Shown piece after piece: positions 53,973 to 64,000 of a stretch of DNA of 64,000 nucleotides (positions are counted from its first letter, which is position 1; every line of letters starts with the position of its first letter). The DNA is from Octopus vulgaris. Its lineage: Eukaryota. Under the pieces are notes generated by a model that saw nothing but the letters and a program-made list of their open reading frames with translations, did not search any database and was not told the origin of the DNA. The stretch is taken from contig OX597820.1 of assembly GCA_951406725.2 (NCBI GenBank), forward strand, positions 65,720,001 through 65,784,000. The letters are read 5' to 3'. The position numbers and the translations under genes were made by a program.

Positions 53973-54625
53973 CACATAAATATACATATACATATGTATA
54001 TGTATATATATCCATACGTATATGCGTAAACATATACATATATATATATTTATGTATGTATGTATGTATGTATGTATGTATGTATGTATGTATGTATGTA
54101 TGTATGCATGTATGCACGTAGCTATATAGTGTGTGTGTAACGGAAGAGAAAGGCGTGGGGGAGAATGGGGAGAGCAACAGCAATTTGGGTAGATTTAAGC
54201 ATATCGAGAAGCATTACGTGAAATTGTTCAAAGAAAGAGTGCGAGGAGTTGGAAAGACTCAAATAAAAAAAGAGAAGGTAGGAATAAGAGAGAAAGTGAC
54301 AGAGAGCCAGAGAATGAGGAGTGGAAGAAAGAGAAAGTGAAGAAAAGATAACTCTAGACATGTGCAAAGATACAGAGAGATGTGCGAACAAGTGGAAATA
54401 TTGACATCAATAAAAGCGTAACATTAAATTTACACATGAAATAATTTTGTCTAAATTTATTGACCGTCAGTTGATTTATGTATTAATGCATATATACTCT
54501 TTCCCACTCTTCTATTATACACATATATGTGAGTATTTCGATATATACCTACGACCACGTATATATGTGTGTGTCTGTGTGTATATTTGCGTATATACAC
54601 ACCATACTTACAAGCATACAAACTC

Positions 54626-56098
54626 ATGAAGGTTATATCGAAAATAATTCAAAAGTAGGTATAACCGTTTTATTAAATGACACAGGTCATTCAAATTGCA
54701 GATATTGGAAGAAGAACTATTCCTCTATAGTAACACTTATTCCTGGACTTCTTCATTGCAGAAAAATAATAGGTTCTTAGGAAAAGCAAAGTGTCGTCAT
54801 TGAGTACATCCATAAAAGTGTCAGGTTGTTTATGGAGATGACAAGAATGGCAAAAGCAACGTAGTCATTGTTTTCTGCCTTTAACCCTCCAACGCGGAGT
54901 ATAGTCCACTTATAATTGAATTCCATGTCACATAATTTTTCGCTTCTGTACTTATACTCTGCCATGAATGCCCCCCTTTCTCTAGTTCCTTTTGTGTTAA
55001 TCTCCGCTACGAGTTCTTAAGCCCATCTTTCTTTCTATATCCATCCGGATTCCACTGTAAATCACTTTTCGCTACATTTGGTGTGTCTTTTCTAATTGTG
55101 CTACCAATCCACTTCAAGTTTTTCTTAAATATTTACTTCCTAATCGAAACTTGATTTGTTCTTTGCCATAGCACCATATTACTTATGTGTTCGGGCCATC
55201 TAATATTAAGTATACTACGCAAGCATCTGTTGATGAATGATTGTATTTGCTTAATTGACTTAACTGTTGTTCGCCATGTCTCTGCCCCATACAATAATAC
55301 CTGCAGAAATAGATCCGTACGGTCATGGATGAAGAAATTTAAGGAAGAGAAAACGACAACTGAAGACAATCCGAACTGAGAGAAATCATCAACAGCGTCT
55401 AAGGATACGAATTACCAGTGAGTGGACTGCTCCATGTGGCCAGACGCGTCATAATCCATGAAGTTGTGCACAACTGTCATGTGGTCACAATGCATAACAG
55501 ATGATGGTGTAAGACTTTAGAATGGAAAAGTGCCTGCAAAGTGGGTAAATGGTGAGGGTTTTGTTTGTGTGTGTGTGACAAGAGTTTAATTCTCCTGCAT
55601 TTTGTGGAACTTGACAATACAATGAACATCGAGTGGTTAAGATACTTAAAATGATTAGATAAGTCGTAAGGCGGAAGTACACCGAACAAGAATCTGTAAG
55701 CGATTCAAATTCACTATGCCAATGCGTGACCAGACATCTTCAGAAATAAATTGATCAATTAGCAAATAGAGATGATTAGCGGTTCACCTATTACTGATTA
55801 GTCTGGAGCTAGCACCTTCTGATTATCACATGACCCATTCAATGAAGGGCAAGTTTCGAAGACAATGATTTAATGACTCAGACAATGCAAAGATAGCTGT
55901 GAAAAGGTGGGTACAACAGTACTCAAATGAAATTTTCCTCAAGGAGGATTCGAGGGCTGAATCCAGCAATACCACAAATGTAAGGCTTGTGATGGTGATT
56001 TGTATGATGGAAAAGTTGCTTTAACTACATTTGAAATTTGAACGACTTACTCAGTTGATAAAGATGCTATTTTGGCATTACTTTCAACACATACCTCG
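54626..56098 (+). mobile_element. Highly degenerate mariner relic interrupted by an RTE fragment
   Basis: VRSWMKKFKE..TEDNP, KVPAKWV, ELAPSDYH remnants; right end TTACTTTCAACACATACCTCG-TA; left TIR is weak. Confidence 0.7.
54870..55300 (-). mobile_element. Old RTE LINE 3' fragment nested in a mariner relic
   Basis: VLLYGAETW..IQSFINRCLRSILNIRWPEHISN..LWQRTNQ. Confidence 0.8.
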
Positions 56099-57239
56099 TA
56101 TACATATACATACATGCATATATGTGTGTGTGTTTGTACATGTATGTATGTATATATGCATATATAACCATATTTAATATATTCGTGTACACTTGGAAAT
56201 GGGAAATCCTTTCGCTGCAGAAATAGACCCGGGAAAAACTTTCCTTAAAAAATATCCTTAAAAATGGGGGAAAACATATTAGGCTATGAATAACACCGTC
56301 GGATCGTAGAACGCATGCGTTTCTGCGTCACAGCTACAAATAACGAATTCCTCTTTTTTATTTTATATTTTCGTATATTTTTGCCGTGATGGAAGTGTTC
56401 ACGAACGTGTTAAATATGATGGTACAATATCATATTTTATTCAGCGCTGCTTCGTAAGTCTCCAGTATACGAAGCTGGCGATACGAGGCGCCATGACGCA
56501 TCCGATACGGTCGGATTATGTCATCTGTAGTGCAATGTGTGTTCAAAGATTTAGCATTGAGGGGAATTTTTCCCCGAGACGATTTTCGCTGTGAAATGCC
56601 TTCTCATATCTAACTGTACATAAGCGTATTTAATATTGGCTGTAGAGGAATATAATTTATCCAGGGCAGTTTCATGCGACACTTCATTAATGTATGTGTG
56701 TGTGTGTCTGTGTGTATAACTTGCTTCAATCCAGTAGCCTGTAGCTCTGTAGTTTCCACGGCATGCAACCACTTTTTCGTGTATGTTTGACTGTATCGAA
56801 TAGCAGACTATTGAAATGCCTTATATAGACGTCCCTACTCTACGTTTGTATTGAGCACTCCCTCTCCGGATCGTTAGCCAACATGCACGTGTGCGAGTGA
56901 ATATGCAATATGCATACATACACTCCATACATATACACACACGGATGTGCATATTCACTCATATATTTTATTCACACAGACTTATTATATTTCTCACACA
57001 AGGAGGGCGCCCATTGCCTTAAATCTTTGGTAACATCATATGAGAGAAAACCTGATAGTAACATTGAAGAAACATTTCCAGCAGAGAAAAAAGTTCAATA
57101 ATTATCTTGTTCTGATGTCAGTGAGCATGAAAATAAAAACATCGTTAAGATAGCCAATGAACTTGAGAAGGATTATGAAATATAATCCAACATAGTTCTC
57201 TCTCCCTAAAAACGTCTTTAGAAATCGTAATAACTACGA

Positions 57240-57300
<61 letters not shown>

Positions 57301-57700
57301 GGAAGAAGAAGAAGAAGAAGAAGAAGAAGAACAACAACAACAACAGAAACAACAGCAAAACAACAACAACAATAACAAGGATGATGACAATGATGATGAT
57401 GCTGATTTCAAATTTTGGCACTGGGCCGCAAACTATACCAATAATTCCGCTATAACCATAATGATATTAATAATATTCATCATTTCTACTATGGGCACAA
57501 GGCCTGAAATTTGAGGGAGGGGGATAGTCGATTACATTAAACCCAGTTACTCAATTGGTACTCATTTTATCGACCTTGAGAGGATGAAAGGCAAAGTCGT
57601 CCTCGGCGGAATTTGAACTCGGAACGTGAAGACGAGCGGAATACCCCTAAGCATTTCGCACAGCGTGCAAACGATTTAACAATAATAATGGTAATAACAA

Positions 57701-57734
<34 letters not shown>

Positions 57735-57799
57735 GGTGGTGGTGGTGGTGGTGGTGGTGACAACGACGACGACGATGACGAGGAGGAGGAGGAGGATAA

Positions 57800-57905
57800 C
57801 TTGAGAAAATATGGGTTGGCAAGAACTGGGAATGAAACAGTGGCCCACATTGTTGCAGAATGCCCGAACTTGGCGCAAAGAGAACATAAGAACTGGGGGA
57901 GATGA
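57800..57905 (+). mobile_element. Short R4/Dong fragment (zinc-knuckle region)
   Basis: Translates NETVAHIVAECPNLAQREHKNW, matching the ETxxHxxxxCxxLA motif of the other Dong copies. Confidence 0.6.
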
Positions 57906-58356
57906 TCAACTTTTGAAAGTTTTGTACTGGGAGCTTTGTTAGAAATAGGGGCTTTTAAGGAAGATGTGCATAGTATAATTCTTGGGTAGAAAGAGTACTT
58001 CAGTTTATATAGATCCAGGTTATAAATATCCATTTATATTTGTAAAAATTTGTGCACTTGGTTTTGTGAGTAAATGCCTGAGCAATAATCTCGATGAGCT
58101 AAGCAGAAATCAAGCAGTTAAGTTGCACATAGCAGATACAGTTTGTAAGCCGAATAGTAAAAATACGCAAGATAATTCGAAATATGGCATTGTTTTCTTC
58201 AACAGCTTTCCAAAGATGGAACTTTGTATCTTTGTTAGGGGCCTCATTAGAAACAGGAGAGAAAATATATACATTTATACATACATACGCACATACATAT
58301 TTACATACTTTTCTCACTCGCTTACTCTCCCTCTCTTTCTCCTTCGCTCTCTGTCG

Positions 58357-58440
<84 letters not shown>

Positions 58441-58626
58441 CATATATATATATATATCACTTCTTAATTTGAACGGAGGCAATGCAAGCGGAAACTAGAG
58501 GAAATATAGCTCACTTGGAACACTAAAGCTCCAGTCTGTATTTTTGTGAGTATTGTTAACACTAGCAATCATAAAATAAAGCTGTGTATTTTATATGCAT
58601 ACACATATATAAATATATGTGTGTGC

Positions 58627-58660
<34 letters not shown>

Positions 58661-58677
58661 ATGTATGTATACATATA

Positions 58678-58885
58678 CGGAAGGGTGCTGAAATGTTCCT
58701 GGATTTAAGGATAATGCGAAAGGCCTTATCCTTCCGAGTTTTTGTACAGGGCTTACAAAATCCCAAGGACCGTGGCAATAGGTGTGTGAATCTCAGAGGG
58801 GAATATGTTGAAGCAAATTACAATTAACGGATCCCCTTGTATTTTCATTTACCTTAAGCCAACATCTTTTCAGCATCCCACCTCG
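58678..58885 (+). mobile_element. Mariner-derived MITE
   Basis: TA-CGGAAGGGTGCTGAAATGTTC ... CTTTTCAGCATCCCACCTCG-TA; internal RCVNLRGEYVE (mariner C-terminus). Confidence 0.75.
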
Positions 58886-58896
58886 TATTATACATG

Positions 58897-58932
<36 letters not shown>

Positions 58933-59034
58933 GGGCTATCGAAAATAGATGACGGATAAATACTTTACTCATGGATTCACCTGTTTTATTACAGGTGGTG
59001 CATGCACATACCTGTCTATCGAACTATTTATATT

Positions 59035-59129
<95 letters not shown>

Positions 59130-59834
59130 GAAGGAGATGACAAGCGAAAGAAGGTAGCTCAAAATATTTATTGGGAGGTACATGTATGGATCAAAACAGT
59201 TTCATTTCTTGGTACTTTATATTTAAAAGCAAATTTCCAGCGGCTGAGTATTAGCATCAGGCTTTGAAACTTAAACTACCAAGGGATTTGAACCATACAT
59301 GCATATATATATATATAACACAGTAATATATATTCTCCTATTTGAAGCGGCATTTTAAATACAAAGAAATGACCGAAAAATGATGAGCTAGCCAGAATCG
59401 AATCCACAAATCATCGCTTGCCTGGCTCCTTGTGCATTCGATTGGGCCAAACTGTCACCCACAGACTCCAGCCAAATTTAATGACTATATACTTAATATG
59501 TACATGAACTGTCTGATTCTACATATAATATTAAACACAAAGTAGGAAAATTTCATTATCAATGTTATTAGTGCATGTGTGGTGGGATGCGTGTATCTTA
59601 CTCTTTGATTCTCATACGTGTTTCAGCCAAAAGGCTGAGGTCTTAACAGTTGGATCGCCAAAAGGCGATAAAATACAAAATCTCAGTACGTTGATGTTAA
59701 GTATTCTGTATCATATTATAATTGAAATGCTGTGTTTTACCTGTACTCTGAGTTTAACGTTTTGACTAGCAAACCGGGTACGTGCGAGCGTGCGTGTATG
59801 TATCTTAGTCTTTGTGTGCACACGCACACAAACG

Positions 59835-59924
<90 letters not shown>

Positions 59925-59927
<3 letters not shown>

Positions 59928-60755
59928 TTGGCATCCTTTTTGTCTCGGGAGACAATGGAGTTGCGCATAAAATAGTCTAGTCCGGCTTTTACATTTCATG
60001 TCCTGATACATTTCCTGCTGTGGCTGTGTAGTCCTATCCTGGACAAACACTCCCTCTGGCAGGTACCGCAAATGTAGCGAAGACTGTTCCTGGCTGGTTG
60101 TAATGCCATAGTTTCTTGTTGACGTCTTCTCTTGTCTTTCCATTTGTCCTCTCTCTCTCTGTCACTCCTTTGTATTCCCTCTTTAACGGTACGTCGCCAA
60201 TCTCCACGGTTGCCGGCAACTGCTTCCCAACCGCTAATATTGATGTTGCAGGCCTTCATGTCCCTTTTGCAAACATCCTTGTAACGTAAGAACGGTCAAC
60301 CCACAGACCTAGTACCCCTAGCAAGCTCTCCGTAGAGTATGTCCTTGGGGATTCTGCCATCTTTCATACGGCTAACATGCCCAAGTCATCTCATACGTCT
60401 TTGTGTGAGGAGTACAAACATGCTTGGTATTCCTGCTTGCTTGAGAACATCTTTGTTGGGGGTATGATTCTGCCATTTGATGCGGAGGATTTTCCGGAGG
60501 CAGCGCAGGTGAAAGATGTTTAGGCGACGCTCTTGGCGTGTGTATAGCGTCCAAGTCTCACTTCCATACAGTAGAGTGCTAAGTACACATACCTGGTAGA
60601 TCTTCATTTTCGTGGTCTTGGTCAGCTTATTGTTGTCCCATGCCCGTTTGGAGAGTTGGGCCATCGCAGCAGCTGCCTTGCCAATGCGTATATTGAGCTC
60701 AGCGTCAAGAGATAGGTTGTAGGTGACGGTAGAGCCAAGATAGGTAAACTTCTCA
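59925..60755 (-). mobile_element. RTE-clade LINE 3' fragment, two in-frame stops
   Basis: FTYLGS..ELNIRIGKAAAA, LSTLLYGSETW, FHLRCLRKIL, GHVSRM..RIPKDILYGEL, C-terminal CGTCQRECLSRIGLHSH; 3' end next to (TA)n. Confidence 0.93.
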
Positions 60756-61094
60756 ACTCCCTCATACTGTCTTTGATGAAGGGATATCGTTCATATGCCT
60801 GACACAGGTGGAAGACTATCTTTCTCTTTATAACTGCCCTCGACCTTGTCTCATCTTATTTAACATATACAAGCTCACACACGACCCGCATTAGACACCT
60901 CACTCATACTGTTATCGAACTGGGAGTCTAACTACGGTCCTTCCGCAGCACTTACATAACCTTACCTGTTATCTTGGGTCTTCTGGATACCAAAACCTCA
61001 CACACACAAACACACGCAAACACACACACACACGCACGAACACATACATATATATGTGTGTGTGTGTGTGTGCTTGTGTGTATATATGCTTGTA

Positions 61095-61139
<45 letters not shown>

Positions 61140-61997
61140 CACACGCACAACTGTACATACAAATGCAAATGTATGTAGCTGCAAATGAATGTATGTGTAG
61201 ATACGTGTGTGCATAGATTGACAGATAGATATATAGAGACATACATGTATGCACGTTATAAATGTAAATCCGTGTCAATAGATTCATACGTATACATAGT
61301 TTCGTGTATGTTATCATGTGACACATCTCGGAGGAGAAGCAGAAAGAAAGAAGGAAGGAAAAGCGGAAAGAAAGAAACAAAGAAAGAATGAATGAAAGAA
61401 AGAATGAAGGAAGGCAAGAAGGAAGGAAGGAAGGAAGGAAGGAAGGAAAGGTTAGGAGACAGGGAGAGTAGCGGCGCGAATAGTGAAAAGATAAACAGAC
61501 CAAGCTAAAGACAGACAGACAGATACACACACACACACACACACACACAACCTAGACTTACAGTGAGATATTTAGCAAAATGGCCGCTGGCCATACAGCT
61601 CGACTGAATTTTGCGCGGTCACATTTCTTCAGAGCAATTGAAGATTTAATTAATATCCAAAAATTTTGATGCTATCACAATTGCCTGGAATCGATCTACT
61701 CATCCAATTAAACCATTTTTCCATAGAATGTTCTAGAAACAGATGAAATTATAAGTGAAAATCAGATTCTTTTTACTTGCAATCTGCAATCCGGTTACAG
61801 CGTTTATTTATTTCTTCTTATGGTTTATGTCTTATCTTATATATATATATATTTTTTCCTTGTTTTGTTTTGTTGTAAAATTCCACTTCAAGTGATGGAG
61901 GAGAATTATCATCACTGCAGGAAACTTCTAGACCAGAACAACACATTACTTACGTGACGACGATGATGTCATATCTATATATCATCATCTTCTTCCA

Positions 61998-62043
<46 letters not shown>

Positions 62044-62619
62044 GTATAATATCATTATTATTAATAATAATAATAATAATAATAACAATATCGTTATCAA
62101 CATTCCTTCTCTTCGTCCTCTTTTACTTCGCTTTTTCTTTCACATCTTCTTCGTTTTCTTTCTTTCCCTCTCTTCATCTTTATTTCTGTCTGTCTCCGAA
62201 CAAATTTGTATGCATACAGTTACAAATACATACATATATATATATATATTTATACGCGCACACACACACACAAACACGCGCGCAAACACACACACACATA
62301 TATATATGCATGCATGTATGTATGTATGCATGTGTATATATATATATATATGTGCATGAGTACCTTTCTCTCGCATATATTTTCAAACATAGAGAGATAT
62401 GCATATGATGCATGTATATGCATATATATATATAAGTATGTATGTATGTATGTTTGTATGTATGTGTATATATGTATGTACCTATATATATGTATATATG
62501 TATATGTACATATATATGTATATATATATGTATATATATATATATATATATATAGGTATATGTGTATACGTATGTGTATGTATGTCTGTGTGTCTGTCTG
62601 TGTGCATGTATGAAGAAGC

Positions 62620-62667
<48 letters not shown>

Positions 62668-63160
62668 GTAGTATATTTAAGTGTGTATAATGGAAGAGAA
62701 GATGTGAATAGATTGAGAGCAGGGTATGGCCGTGAGTCAAAGATTAGATTTGGTAAGATAGAGGTTGGAGAAATAAATTAATGCGTAAGTATTAACGCAG
62801 AGCGACGGGCATACACGAACACACAACACACAAATATAGCCAAATGTTACAACAATACATATGCATATAGTGACATAGAAAGGCGCATACATAGAATGAT
62901 ACATCCATGCATACACGCACATATGCATTATATACTGTATACACTATACATATACGTACACACACATATATCATTATATACGTACATTATATGTATTTGC
63001 ACAATATATGTATATTGAACAAATAATATATATATAAATTTATATAAATAAGGATAAGATCCTTGTGCTATATGAACATTTAAGGTGGTTTTAGAGTCAG
63101 GTGCTGGCTGCTATTTTCAGCATGGCGGTATCTCGTAGATGACCTAATTTATAATTATAT

Positions 63161-63217
<57 letters not shown>

Positions 63218-63239
63218 GTTTTCATGTTTGGATTAACTT

Positions 63240-63277
<38 letters not shown>

Positions 63278-63532
63278 TATGTATATGTATATATACTAAT
63301 ACTAATGCTAAGCACAGCTCACACGCACACACACATACACACATAAGTATATACGGTTGTGTATTTATTGTATGTGTAAATGTGTGTGTGTGTGCATGTC
63401 TCTGAGTAAGTGTGTGAGTGCATGTGTCTCTGTATAGGTACACAAAGAAATACAAACGTATACACATTAGTACATATAATCATTAGTTTGTTTACCAACC
63501 ATATGGTTCCGAGTTCAGTCCCACTGCGTGGC

Positions 63533-64000
63533 TCGCGTAGACCCGAATGAAATCGGGTTATAATACCGAAACGAAGTAAAACAAAAATAAACTATTTTAA
63601 TCCCGAGCAAGGCCCGGTATATCTGTCTAATCTATAAAATGAAGAATGCAAACGTTGATACAAATTGGATTTTTATGTAAAAAGGGGTCTAAATGGAGCT
63701 TGAAGGGGATCAAAATTTAGAGAGGGGTTAACTTGAGGTGGGAAATTAATTGGGGCGCTTTTGGGTTCGTAATTTTGAAAATTAAGGCAATATTTTCGAA
63801 GTTGAAAAAAATTTCTCATTTTTACGTATTTTTGCCTTTTATTTTTTTATTGTTTACAGTTTTCATTTTTTCTGAAAGAAATTTACAGCTGCATTTAGCC
63901 TGTGTTTAGAGCTTTCATTTGCATGGTCAATCTTTGAAAAATTACCAAAATAAGTACTAAATTTAACAAAGAAATCCTTTTTCTCCTTATTTTTAATCGC
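63533..64000 (+). mobile_element. Probable Helitron-related sequence interrupting a SINE head
   Basis: Hairpin ACCCGA-ATGAAA-TCGGGT (same loop as 46417-46434), second hairpin CCGAGCAAGGCCCGG then CTAA-T and a TC-starting AT-rich segment. Confidence 0.4.

Noticed and set aside
56295-56512. Possible small TIR element (CCGTCGGATC..CATCCGATACGG)
   Set aside because: Inverted match too short and imperfect, no TSD.

Overview
AT-rich, microsatellite-saturated animal genomic DNA. It is almost certainly non-genic or intronic, and its SINE families and repeat landscape look like an octopus/cephalopod genome (inference). No host protein-coding gene can be supported with confidence; almost all ORF-track entries are translations of (TA)n/(CA)n/(TATC)n/(TACA)n repeats. 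The one long real ORF is an uninterrupted 1034-aa APE-endonuclease + reverse-transcriptase ORF2 of a CR1/L2-group LINE (28422-31526, minus), preceded by a 5'-truncated CCCH zinc-finger ORF1. Other content: R4/Dong (RLE) and RTE LINE fragments, several mariner relics, Tc2/pogo-like and hAT MITEs, Helitron-type ends, two abundant tRNA-derived SINE families, long palindromes, a CCAAT+CRE tandem array, and a 100-N gap. Most notable: (1) two unrelated-sequence loci (26519-26583, 50368-50429) can both form all three hammerhead-ribozyme helices around intact CUGACGA/GAAA/NUH cores, but in a strand order (C-B-A) that is not one of the three circular permutations (types I/II/III), i.e. a candidate pseudoknotted hammerhead topology; (2) many further Penelope-type hammerhead motifs; (3) the intact LINE shares its 3' end, including a covarying hairpin, with a dominant SINE family. 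All structures were derived by eye; no alignments, folding or database searches were run.
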